NCBI GenBank assembly: GCA_963843575.1
Contig: CAWJKZ010000017.1
Span: 32,001-96,000, forward strand
Origin: an uncultured Acidobacteriota bacterium
GTDB taxonomy: Bacteria; Acidobacteriota; UBA6911
DNA length: 64,000 nucleotides
Direction: 5' to 3'
Positions 29,680 to 39,163 of this stretch are shown here, one piece after another. The number at the start of each line of letters is the position of its first letter. The first letter of the stretch is position 1. The notes under the pieces were generated by a model that ran no database searches, was not told where the DNA came from, and was given only the letters and a program-made list of their open reading frames with translations. The translations under genes were made by a program, and so were the position numbers.

Positions 29680-30780
29680 ATGAGCAACACTGTTCAGCTG
29701 AATCAGGAGCAGAACCGGATTCTCTCGATCGACTTCTTCCGCGGGTTCACCATGTTCATGCTGGTAACGGGAATTGCCAGCCTGTTCAGAGGACTCGTTG
29801 CGCAAGGTCAGGGCGGAACTATTATCACTTTTATCGATCAACAACTGGAACATGCCCCATGGAGCGGACTGAATGCATGGGACCTTATCCAACCGTTCTT
29901 CATGTTCATAGTTGGTGTCGCCATGCCGTTTTCGCTGGCAAAACGGCTGGCGCGAGGGGATAGCTGGAAAAAAGCATTTACTCATGCGTTGACCCGTTCG
30001 TTCTGGCTGCTTGTGCTCGGTTTCATGCTGGGTGCCGGCGAGAAGTCCTATGATCTGACCAATGTCCTGGCTCAGTTAGCGGTAACGTATCTCATTGCCT
30101 TTCTGCTGCTGCAAGCGGATGTCAAATGGCAGCTACTGGTCTCCTTTGCCATGATTCTTTTGAACGACCTCCTTTATCGATACTGGAACGTACCGGGATA
30201 CAATCAGCCGTTTACCCCTGATCATAACTTCGGCACCTGGGTCGACCTGACCATGACCGGCTATCTGAATTCCGATCACTGGGTCTCATTTAACGCCATT
30301 CCGACGACCGCTCACACTATCTGGGGTGTCGTTGTCGGCAATTTACTTTTGAAGGATTGGCCTCAAAGAAAAAAGATATTCAGCCTGCTTATAACCGGCT
30401 TGATCGGCGTCATCGTCGGATATTCCATGAACCCGTTCATCCCGATAATCAAGAGGATCTGCACCAGCTCTTTCATCATAGTGAGCGGAGGGTGGTGTCT
30501 GATCGCCATGGCATTTTCGTATTGGCTGATCGATGTGGTGAAATTCCGGAAGGTCGGACTGTTCTTTGCCATCGTCGGCATGAATCCTATTTTCATCTAC
30601 CTCTTTTCCAATCTGGGCGGAAAGAGGCTGCTTGCCCGCATGGTCCGACCGTTTACTTCGAGGCTTTTCTCCTGGAGCGGCGAGATCGCCATCAACATGA
30701 TCACCATAGTCATCGTGACCGCTTTCGTCTGGTACATATGCTATTTCCTCTATAAGCGAAAGATATTCATCAAGATTTAG
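29680..30780 (+). CDS. DUF5009/HGSNAT-like membrane acyltransferase
   Basis: RILSIDFFRG, HAPWSGL, DLIQPFFMFIVGVAMP, PIIKRICTSSF, YKRKIFIKI; visibly lower GC than its flanks. Confidence 0.88.
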   Translation: MSNTVQLNQEQNRILSIDFFRGFTMFMLVTGIASLFRGLVAQGQGGTIITFIDQQLEHAPWSGLNAWDLIQPFFMFIVGVAMPFSLAKRLARGDSWKKAFTHALTRSFWLLVLGFMLGAGEKSYDLTNVLAQLAVTYLIAFLLLQADVKWQLLVSFAMILLNDLLYRYWNVPGYNQPFTPDHNFGTWVDLTMTGYLNSDHWVSFNAIPTTAHTIWGVVVGNLLLKDWPQRKKIFSLLITGLIGVIVGYSMNPFIPIIKRICTSSFIIVSGGWCLIAMAFSYWLIDVVKFRKVGLFFAIVGMNPIFIYLFSNLGGKRLLARMVRPFTSRLFSWSGEIAINMITIVIVTAFVWYICYFLYKRKIFIKI

Positions 30781-30898
30781 CAGCCGGCCAAATGGAGGCG
30801 GGCTAGCGGCCGAGCTGGTTACGGGGTAGTCCTTCCGTGTCCTTCCGCTTTTCTTCCGTGTTTTCCGTGACTGGTCTTTTGGCGGGGCCGCCTGCAGG

Positions 30899-31420
30899 TC
30901 AATTCCCTTTTCCGAGCAAGCGCCGCATCGTTGCCGTGATGACGCCCTCGACTCCGGGTGCGACAAGGGATGCATCGGGACCCGCTTCGTAACCTCCCTG
31001 CTCGTAGGCAATATCGGTACAGATGTAGCCGGGGGCGTAATCACCGTAAGCGGCCATCGCAACGAAAAGGTCAGGCCGCATCTTCTGAGCTGCGAGTTGG
31101 TACTCGACGAACAGCTCTCCGGGCATGTGCAAAACACGAGCGTCGCCCAGCCGCAGCAAAGCGATGTCGACCGTGTCGCCCTTGCGGCAGCGGCGCAGCC
31201 ACGCCAGGTGGTCTGCAGCCGTGGCTCGTGCAAGAACGGGGGCCTTTTCATCCTTCAACTGATCCAGGAGCTTCGATTCGTCGAGGTGAGTCGAGACGGG
31301 CAGCGCTGTCGCTATCGAGTCCCAACCCACGTCGTCGGCTGTGATCGGCTTCTTCCTTGTTGCCCGCCACGCGAGCTCTATCCCCGCAGCGACACGGTCT
31401 GCCAGGATCTGACGATTGGC
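30899..31420 (-). pseudogene. 5'-truncated C-terminal remnant of a conserved hypothetical (neutral-ceramidase-like) protein
   Basis: NRQILADRVAAG...LHMPGELFVEYQLAAQ...AAYGDYAPGYI...QGGYE; no start or N-terminal part upstream. Confidence 0.65.
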
Positions 31421-31539
31421 CGCGTCGGACGGCTTCCGGGCGCGGCGCCAGGCTCTCTCGTGGAGGACTTGCGTTTCGTCTCAGTCGATCTGCCAACCAG
31501 GACTTTTTCCTCATGCTCGCAAAGTAGGCCCCCCGCCGG

Positions 31540-32680
31540 CTATGTGGCAAGCCCTGCCTTCCGGATGCGCTCAATGAGGCTCCGTTTATTCGCATGCTCC
31601 TCGCGCAGCCGGGTAATGCGTGTCTCGGCCTCGGCTTGCCGGCCACCGCGGATGCACAAATCCCGGAGGTCGCAAAGCAGGTCGATGGCCTCGTCGTACT
31701 TCTTGGGCTGTTTGGTGGCAATGAGCGCTTCCACCTGCCGCCAAGCCTCGGCCTCGTGCCTTGAGAGTTCGGTGAGGTGGCGCTCCCGCGCCGCAGCTGC
31801 TTCTCGCTCACGGCGCGCGTTCTCGCGGTCTGCACGCTCTGCCTCCCGGCGCATCCGTTCCTCCGCTCGCGCCGCCCCGGCCTCGAGGATTTCGCCGACC
31901 GTGCGGGCCTTGGCGACTGGAGCCTTGGGGACGCGGAGCGACTCGCGGAAACGAAGGAGCAACTCGGCACGAACGTGGGCCTCGGCGCCGCCGGTCAGGC
32001 GTACGAGCAACGCCGTCTTCTCCTCCTCGGGGAGGGCTGAGACCCATCGCCGGAGCGCCTCGTCATTGATTGCAGTCAAGTCGGGACTCGTGGCGGCCGC
32101 AGCGTCGATCAGGTCGGGATCGATCCACAGGAAATTGGCGAACGCTTCGAGCGCAGCGCTCAGCTTGCCGAGTCCGGGCGGACAAGGGGGTTCACTGTCG
32201 TCATCATCGACTTCGCCGTTCTGGACACAGCCGAGCCAGGCGATGTAGAGCGCACGCAGATCGCCGCTGGCGAGCTCCGCGCGCACCGGCACGAGCGCGG
32301 CCAACGTATCGTTGTCCTCGTCGACCCACTCGCCGCCCTCCTCCTCTGAGCGGAATGAAAGAACGACGTGGTCACCCTTGGCGCGCGCGGAGGCGCAGTC
32401 ACCCGCGCAGTACCGCTTCGCCGTCTCGAGGGGCAGCACTCGTCGCGGCATCCGCAGCATCAGCTCGTGAGTGCCCCAGTTGGCGAGGTAGAGGAACGCG
32501 TCGAAGTACTTCTCCATCCACTCCGATGAGTTCCCCTTGAAAGTCGCCCCAGGAGTAGTCGACCACGAACCGGCTGGACGTGATCGTGGCGCGCGACGAG
32601 TACTTGCGCAGCGTGGCCTGCTCCTGATCGGTGAGCGGCCGGTCGATGGCCTGGAACTCGTAGTACTGGTACTCGCTCAT
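31540..32680 (-). CDS. Conserved hypothetical island protein (MSEYQYYEF family), frameshift near 32537
   Basis: MSEYQYYEFQAIDRPLT...YSWGDF, continuing in another frame as MEKYFDAFLYLANWGT...LRALYIAWL...PPGLGKLS. Confidence 0.75.
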
Positions 32681-32914
32681 CGGGTGCTCCTCGTCTGTTG
32701 CTGCCGCCTCGAGATTGGAGAGCGCTTGCCGCTGCGCCGGCGTCGCCGTCTTACGTGCCACGCCGAGCATCCTGGCGCTTCCGTAGTCGTAGTGGTGCTT
32801 GAGCAGTCGGATTATCCGCTGCGCGTACTCTTCCGGTTCCGCGGTTGCCGACAGGACTTTGAACCACGGCGGCAGCACCTTCTCCATTCGTTACTCTCTC
32901 TGTCCAAAACACAC

Positions 32915-33270
32915 CTACATCCGTTGCCTGCAGACCTCGGCTGCCTGGGCTGCCCATACGACAGGATTCTTAGGAATAGTGCGGCCCCAGTAGGTCAGCA
33001 CCACCCAACCGGCTTCCGGCAAGAATTCCCGCTTTCTTGCGTCGAGCTCCAGGGTATGGACATTGCCGTGGATTGCGAACCCGTCGCAGTACCCGGCCAC
33101 CTTCAAATCCAGCCAGGAAAATCCGGAACTGTAACGAGCCGACCCACCTTATCCCGAATCTCAAAATCCCGCTGCCCGGGCGGCAGATCGGTAAGGCCTG
33201 CATCGCGAGGTAAAGCGTCTCCTAGATCTCGCCCTTGGGATAGCGCTGCACGATGGATTCTCTACCAGCC
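32915..33270 (-). pseudogene. Decayed C-terminal Vsr/DUF559-like endonuclease domain
   Basis: Stitched across frames: RYPKGEI*ETLYLAMQA / DLPPGQRDFEIRDKVGRLVTVPDF / WLDLKVAGYCDGFAIHGN...DARKREFL..GWVVLTYWGRTI. Confidence 0.6.
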
Positions 33271-33566
33271 TTAAAAAACAGCTGTGGACCTCTACGCCAA
33301 CGGCCAGTGAAGTGTCCGGATCAGTCTCATCCCTGAGGTATACCTGTGGATTTAAGAACGACGAGCCGGATGCTGTCAATGCTTAATGATCTCTGAACCG
33401 CAAAGGCATCGCAGGAAAGTCTGGTGACAGAAACGGTCCGGTGGGTGGGGGACGGGGAGGTGCGGGAGCGACGCCGAAATCTGTGCAGCAAGGCGCAATA
33501 GCTGTTCTCTCACCAAGAGGATATGCGCGCTTACAATGGACTGCAGACAAAATGTTTAGGGATTTG

Positions 33567-33656
<90 letters not shown>

Positions 33657-33704
33657 GCGTGCTTGTCGTTCGATAGGATAGAGGAATTCACCCGTCGTCA
33701 CCAG

Positions 33705-33857
33705 GACTCGATTGTGACGGCGGAAACTCCAGCGTCCCTGGCGACAGATATATGATGGTGTTCCATCACCTGACCAAGGATTCCCATCTCCTGCTAATGC
33801 GCTGATGATTGTATGTCGTGAGTCGTGGATGCGCAAGCCGCGAAGCCCTGTTTTATC
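33705..33857 (-). pseudogene. Tyrosine integrase C-terminal remnant
   Basis: DKTGLRGLRIHDSRHTIISALA / EMGILGQVME / TIIYLSPGTLEF resembles the HDLRH box II...GHLS..MLEHY region; two frameshifts. Confidence 0.65.
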
Positions 33858-33931
33858 GCCGGCCGTCGAGGACAGTCTGGCGGTCGATCCCGCGCACACG
33901 CGGCGGGAAATGGGGTACAATCGGCGGCCTT

Positions 33932-34987
33932 ATGAGCGACGAACCGGTTTTTTCCGAAGGCGCCCTGCTACGTGGCTCGACCCTTGTCCTCGAGGCGGCC
34001 GGCGTCCCAGGCCCGAAGGCCCGGCTCGTGGCCGATTCGCTGGTCTCGGCCAGCCTGCGCGGCGTCGATTCCCACGGCGTGCAGCTGATCCCCTACTATG
34101 TGGCGCAGCTCCGGTCCGGCAACATCGACGCGGCGGCCGACGGCGAGGTGGTCTTCGAATCGGGGGCTTGCATGGTCTACGACGGGCTCCGTGGGCTGGG
34201 GCAGAGCACCGCGGCGGTCTGCTGCGAACACGCCGCTCGCCTGGCCCGCGCGCACGGCCTCGGCCTCGTCGTCGCGCGCAATTCGAACCACTTCGGGGCG
34301 GCGGCCTTCTGGGGCCAACGCATCGCCGCCCACGGCATGATCGGGATCGTTCTCTGCAACGCGTCGCCTTCGGTCGCCCCGTGGCAGGGGCGACAGGGGA
34401 GGATCGGGACCAACCCCATCTGCGTGGCCGTGCCAAGCTCGGGCCGTGGCGCCTGGCTGCTGGACATGGCCACCACGACCGTCGCGATGAACAAAATCAT
34501 CCAGGCGTCGGCGGACGGGCAAAGCTCGATCCCCGCCGGGTGGGCTTTGGACTCCCACGGCGTCCAGACCACCGACACCGAAACCGCCATGCACGGCCTG
34601 CTCATGCCGCTCGGCGGCTACAAGGGGAGCGGTCTCGGCACCATGGTCGAAATCCTCTGCGGCGTCCTCGGCGGCGGAGCGATGAACACCGAGGTCGGCG
34701 GCCTGCACATTCTCGCGAGGCCGATGGGGACCAGCCAGTTTTTTCTCGCGCTCGACGTGGCGCGCTTTCTCCCCGCCGAGACCTTCCAGTCGCGCATGGA
34801 GCTGCTTGTAGCGTCGCTGAAATCCGCCGCGCCCGCCGCGGGCTACGATGAGGTGATGGTGGCGGGCGACCCCGAATGGCGCAATGAGGCGAACAGGAGA
34901 GATAAGGGGATCCCGCTCAAGAGGGCCGCACTGGACCGGATCAACGCCACAGCCCGCGAGCTAGGGGTGCCGGAACTGCAGCCGTAG
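33932..34987 (+). CDS. Ldh_2 family oxidoreductase (malate/L-lactate/ureidoglycolate dehydrogenase-like)
   Basis: LRGVDSHG, NSNHFGAA, IGTNPI, LDMATT, GGYKGSGL. Confidence 0.92.
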   Translation: MSDEPVFSEGALLRGSTLVLEAAGVPGPKARLVADSLVSASLRGVDSHGVQLIPYYVAQLRSGNIDAAADGEVVFESGACMVYDGLRGLGQSTAAVCCEHAARLARAHGLGLVVARNSNHFGAAAFWGQRIAAHGMIGIVLCNASPSVAPWQGRQGRIGTNPICVAVPSSGRGAWLLDMATTTVAMNKIIQASADGQSSIPAGWALDSHGVQTTDTETAMHGLLMPLGGYKGSGLGTMVEILCGVLGGGAMNTEVGGLHILARPMGTSQFFLALDVARFLPAETFQSRMELLVASLKSAAPAAGYDEVMVAGDPEWRNEANRRDKGIPLKRAALDRINATARELGVPELQP

Positions 34988-35086
34988 CTGCATGGGGCAT
35001 CGAAAAGCCATCCCCCCTATTTGGCGACAGCAAACTAAGTCCGGGCTGAAGCCCGGACCCACTTGTTTTTTTGGCACGTCGTGGTT

Positions 35087-37090
35087 TTAAGGAGCGGTCA
35101 CGGGCGCGAACGCAGCCTGCAAAACTTCCTTCGTCTTGTCGTCCTGCACGAACGCCACCAGGATCAGATCCCCGGGGAGGAACGCGTCCGTCTGCCCCTT
35201 GAACTTGAGATCCTTCCGGCCGCTGAAACGTTCGGGCGGGTTCTTTTCGAAGTTTTCCAGATAGGCCCTCAGCCCTGCGGAAACCTCTGCCAGGTCTACC
35301 GTCGACTGGTGGACGGCTTTTCCGTCGGACAGCGGGATGCCGTCGGGGCCGCCGATCATCCGGCGGACAACCGTCCGGTGCTCCGACCAGCCGTTGGCCC
35401 CCGTGTAATGCACCACACCCTGAACGAGCGCGATCCGCAACCTCAGGTCGCGAATGCTTGCCCCGTCCGCCTCCGCCCGGGCCTTTACAGCAAGCCGGCC
35501 GCCGTTCAACTCGGACGAAACCTCGACCTGCGCCCCGGGGGCCGCGTCCAGGTCCCGGTCGATGAGGTAGGTGTACAGGCCGTAACGGTCCCTGGCCATC
35601 GACTTCGGCCCCCCGCCCATCAGCGATCGTGTCCCCCCCACCACGGCGGTGGGGGTGCCTCTCACGGCGTAGTACTTGGCCCTGACTTCCGTGTCCGGGT
35701 TCGTCAGCGGATCCGGCCCGGGGATGTGCAGGTGATATTGAAGCACCGCCACCGTGTCGCGCGGGTAGACGTTCAGCAGGTGGTCGAACGCCTGGTCGGC
35801 CGCGACGCACGGGCGGCATTCGGCTCCCGTGAACAGCTCCGCGAGCACCACGCGGCCCGACACGCCCTTCTTCGGCGGGCCGGACGGCGTGAAATTCGAG
35901 TACTCCCGGCTGGCGTTTTCGACCCGCTCCTTAAAGCCCGCGTCGGACCCGTTCAGCTTCCTGTACAACGCCGTGAGCGGCTCCATGATCGCAGCCGGCT
36001 GGGTCGCCGGCGTACCGGCCAGGTATGCGGCCAGCGCCTCGGAGTCCCTCCCCAGCCTCTCGAGGTTTCGCCCCAGGTGCAGGAAGACGTCGGTCTCGAA
36101 CGGCGACGCCAGCGCGGCGATGCCCTGCAGTGCGCCGACGGCCGCCTCCGGCTCGTTGCGCAGCGAGTAGATCACCCCCAGGGTCCGCTGCGTCGCGAGG
36201 TAGCCTTCCACGTCCCCGGTGGACATCTCGGCGGCGGCGGACCGGGCGATCCCCAGCGCCTCGTCGACGAGGATGCCAGCCCGGGCGTATCCGAGCGCGA
36301 CGCGTGCCCGCGCCGACGCCTTGTCCGGCGCCGAATCGATGTATCGCTCTCCCGCGGACCTGACCAACTCGGTCTTCCGCTGCGCGGTTCCAGCTGGTTC
36401 GGACGTCATCCTCGCCAGGAGCCTGTCGAGCGGGCCGGGATCCTTGAGTTCGCCCAGGACGAGCCCCGTGGCAAGCAGGTCGGCGGCTTCCTGCGATTGG
36501 GACCCCGACTTCTCGAGTATCAGGCCCAGCCTGGTCGTGAACTCGACGTTCTTGAGCACCTGGTCTCCGCCCGTCGACAGACGCCCGATCGCGTCGCGCT
36601 CGTCCTTCTCGCCCCCGGCGAAATCGCCCAGCTTGTATTTGACCCAGGCGCGGGTGTCGAGATACCCGGCGAGGGTGCGGTCGCTCGACTTCTGCGCCCG
36701 GGCAGAGTCCACCGCCTTCGAGGCGTACTTGAGGGCCCTGTCGAGCGACACCCCCTTCTCGGCGAGCGACCAGGCGAAGTCGTTGTACCGCTCGGGACGT
36801 CCCGACTCGGGGGTCGCGGCGATGGCCTTGTCGGCGTAGGCCAAGGCGCCCCCTGCCGTGGCCAGATGGGCCTCGAACAGGGCGGAATAGGCGCGAGCGA
36901 GCCTGCTGCTCGACGGGTAGTCTTTTACGAACTTCTCGAGCGCCTTGATTTTCTCCTGCGGGTTCGACGGCTGCGTCGCGCTGGCGAAGGCGTCGCGCTC
37001 GACGTCGGGTTGAGCAGGCGCCTGGGCCATGGCGAGGCCGTCGCCGAGATAAAAGACCAGCAGAACGACAAACGTGCCGATGAAACGCAT
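35087..37090 (-). CDS. Secreted TPR protein with C-terminal thioredoxin/Omp28-like domain
   Basis: Signal peptide; YNDFAWSLA, YLDTRAWVKYKLG TPRs; ELFTGAECRPC, YHLHIPGPDPL, GTPT. Confidence 0.82.
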   Translation of the reverse strand: MRFIGTFVVLLVFYLGDGLAMAQAPAQPDVERDAFASATQPSNPQEKIKALEKFVKDYPSSSRLARAYSALFEAHLATAGGALAYADKAIAATPESGRPERYNDFAWSLAEKGVSLDRALKYASKAVDSARAQKSSDRTLAGYLDTRAWVKYKLGDFAGGEKDERDAIGRLSTGGDQVLKNVEFTTRLGLILEKSGSQSQEAADLLATGLVLGELKDPGPLDRLLARMTSEPAGTAQRKTELVRSAGERYIDSAPDKASARARVALGYARAGILVDEALGIARSAAAEMSTGDVEGYLATQRTLGVIYSLRNEPEAAVGALQGIAALASPFETDVFLHLGRNLERLGRDSEALAAYLAGTPATQPAAIMEPLTALYRKLNGSDAGFKERVENASREYSNFTPSGPPKKGVSGRVVLAELFTGAECRPCVAADQAFDHLLNVYPRDTVAVLQYHLHIPGPDPLTNPDTEVRAKYYAVRGTPTAVVGGTRSLMGGGPKSMARDRYGLYTYLIDRDLDAAPGAQVEVSSELNGGRLAVKARAEADGASIRDLRLRIALVQGVVHYTGANGWSEHRTVVRRMIGGPDGIPLSDGKAVHQSTVDLAEVSAGLRAYLENFEKNPPERFSGRKDLKFKGQTDAFLPGDLILVAFVQDDKTKEVLQAAFAPVTAP

Positions 37091-37240
37091 CTCTCTTAGT
37101 CCTTGCTGCCCGGGATGGGATCCTGCTCTGCGGAGGAGGGCTGGGGCGCCCGTGAATCCCGGTCATCCTTGGATTTTTCGAGCGCCCCCAGGCTGCAGCT
37201 CATCGGGGCGGGGGCGAGCCGCCCCCGCCCACTGTTGCGG

Positions 37241-38533
37241 TTAAGCGCTCGTCGCTTTGGACGGATTCACGTCGCGCACGACGTGCCCGGTGTAGATCTG
37301 GCGGGGCCGCGCGATCTTCTGCTCGGCGTCGACCAGCAGTTCCTGCCACTGCGAGAGCCAGCCGACGACGCGCGGGATGGCGAACATGACCGTGAACATC
37401 TCAGGCTTGAAACCCATCGCCTGGTACATGATCCCGGAGTAGAAGTCGACGTTCGGGTAGAGTTTCCGTTTGATGAAGTACTCGTCCTCGAGCGCGATCC
37501 GCTCCAGCTCGATGGCCATCTCGAGCTTCGGGTTGCGACCGGTGACGGCGAAGACATCCTCGGCCGCCTTCTTGATGATCTTGGCCCTGGGATCGTAGTT
37601 CTTGTAGACGCGGTGCCCGAAACCCATCAGGCGCCCCTTGCCGGCCTTGACCTGCTCGATGAAGGCGGGGATCTGGTCTTTCGTCCCGATCTCATCGAGC
37701 ATCCTCAGCACCTCCTCGTTCGCGCCGCCGTGCAGCGGGCCGGACAAGGCGGCCGCGGCACCCGCCGTGGCGACATACGGGTCCGCGTGCGAGCTCCCGA
37801 TGGAACGCATCGCGTTGGTCCCGCAGTTCTGCTCGTGATCGGCGTGCAGGATGAAGAGGATGTCGAGCGCGCGCGCCAGCGCCGGGTTGGCCACGAACTT
37901 GGGCTCGACCATCTTCCAGAGCATGTTCATGAAGTTTTCGGTGTAGGTCAGGTCGTTGTCCGGATAGACGTACGGCAGCCCGAGGCTGTGCCGGTAGGCG
38001 TAGGCCGCGATGGTCGGCACCTTCCCGATCAGCCTGAGGATCTGCAGCCGGCGGATTGCGGGATCCTGGATGTTTTTGGCTTCCGGATAGAACGTCGACA
38101 GGGCCGCGACGGTGCTGATCAGCATTCCCATGGGGTGGGCGTCGTAGTGGAATCCATCCATGAACTTCTTGATGTTCTCGTGGAGCATGGTGTGGTGCTT
38201 GATCTCGTCCTCCCACTGGTCCAGCTGTTCCCGGGTGGGAAGCTCTCCGCACATGATCAGGTAGGCGACCTCGAGGTAGGTGCACTTTTCGGCAAGCTGC
38301 TCGATCGGATAACCCCGGTAGCGCAGGATTCCTTTGTCGCCGTCGATAAACGTGATCGCGCTCCTGCAGGAAGCCGTGTTCATGAAAGCCGGGTCGTAGC
38401 TCATCATGCCGAAATCTTCGGCGTCCGTCTTGATCTGCCGCAGATCCATCGCCCGGATGGTCCCGTCCTTGATCGGGATGGTGTATGACTTCCCGTTCCT
38501 GTTGTCGACAATCGTGAACGTATCGTTGGCCAT
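37241..38533 (-). CDS. gltA: Citrate synthase
   Basis: YDPAFMNTASC, LRYRGYPIE, HADHEQN, GPLHGGAN, GFGHRVYK, YPNVDFYSG. Confidence 0.97.
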   Translation of the reverse strand: MANDTFTIVDNRNGKSYTIPIKDGTIRAMDLRQIKTDAEDFGMMSYDPAFMNTASCRSAITFIDGDKGILRYRGYPIEQLAEKCTYLEVAYLIMCGELPTREQLDQWEDEIKHHTMLHENIKKFMDGFHYDAHPMGMLISTVAALSTFYPEAKNIQDPAIRRLQILRLIGKVPTIAAYAYRHSLGLPYVYPDNDLTYTENFMNMLWKMVEPKFVANPALARALDILFILHADHEQNCGTNAMRSIGSSHADPYVATAGAAAALSGPLHGGANEEVLRMLDEIGTKDQIPAFIEQVKAGKGRLMGFGHRVYKNYDPRAKIIKKAAEDVFAVTGRNPKLEMAIELERIALEDEYFIKRKLYPNVDFYSGIMYQAMGFKPEMFTVMFAIPRVVGWLSQWQELLVDAEQKIARPRQIYTGHVVRDVNPSKATSA

Positions 38534-38789
38534 CTCCCTCTCCTGTATGGCGTATCGGTCTGAGCGAAACTGAGTGTCCCGCCGACTCCTCGAAAAAGTA
38601 TGGATCCCCAAGCTCTTGAGCTATGGTAAGCAACCCAGGCACCAGAAAGAAAGGGCAAAAACACCCGAAGCAGCCTGCGGCTGAAGTAGGCCGCTGCGGG
38701 AGTGGGCCGCGGCGGCTCGACGCGGCCCTCGATTGCAGCCCTGTTGGAGGAGGATCTGTCCGCTGGTGGGGGATTAGACCCAGGAGCGG

Positions 38790-39105
38790 GTTATCTGCGT
38801 GGGGGGCGTGGCCGTCGAGGTCGACCGCCTTGACGCCAAAGACCAGCTGGTCTATCGGCGTGTTCGGCATGCTGAACTCGTTGACCTTTCCCGCCCAGAT
38901 TTCGCGTTCCCAATCGGGAGCGGTGGTTGCGCGCACGACGACGGTGAAACCGGCGAGGTCCAGGGCAGTGTAAGGGTAGCTCCAGCGCAGGACGGCGTCG
39001 TAGCCGGAACCCCGGCCGAGGGCCGCGTCCTTCCCTCGCCAGGGCCGCGGCCGCCGCGGAGTTCAGCCGGGCCACTTTCGCGATGTAATCGAAATTCCTG
39101 ATCGC
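38790..39105 (-). pseudogene. C-terminal remnant of an M28-type peptidase (Fn3-like tail)
   Basis: NFDYIAKVARLNSAAAAALA / DLAGFTVVVRATTAPDWERE...IDQLVFGVKAVDLDGH; frameshifted, no N-terminus. Confidence 0.6.
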
Positions 39106-39163
39106 CCGCCACGTTTGTGGTAGGCTTTTTGAGCGTTGGATATTGCATCCGCCGGGAGGGCTC

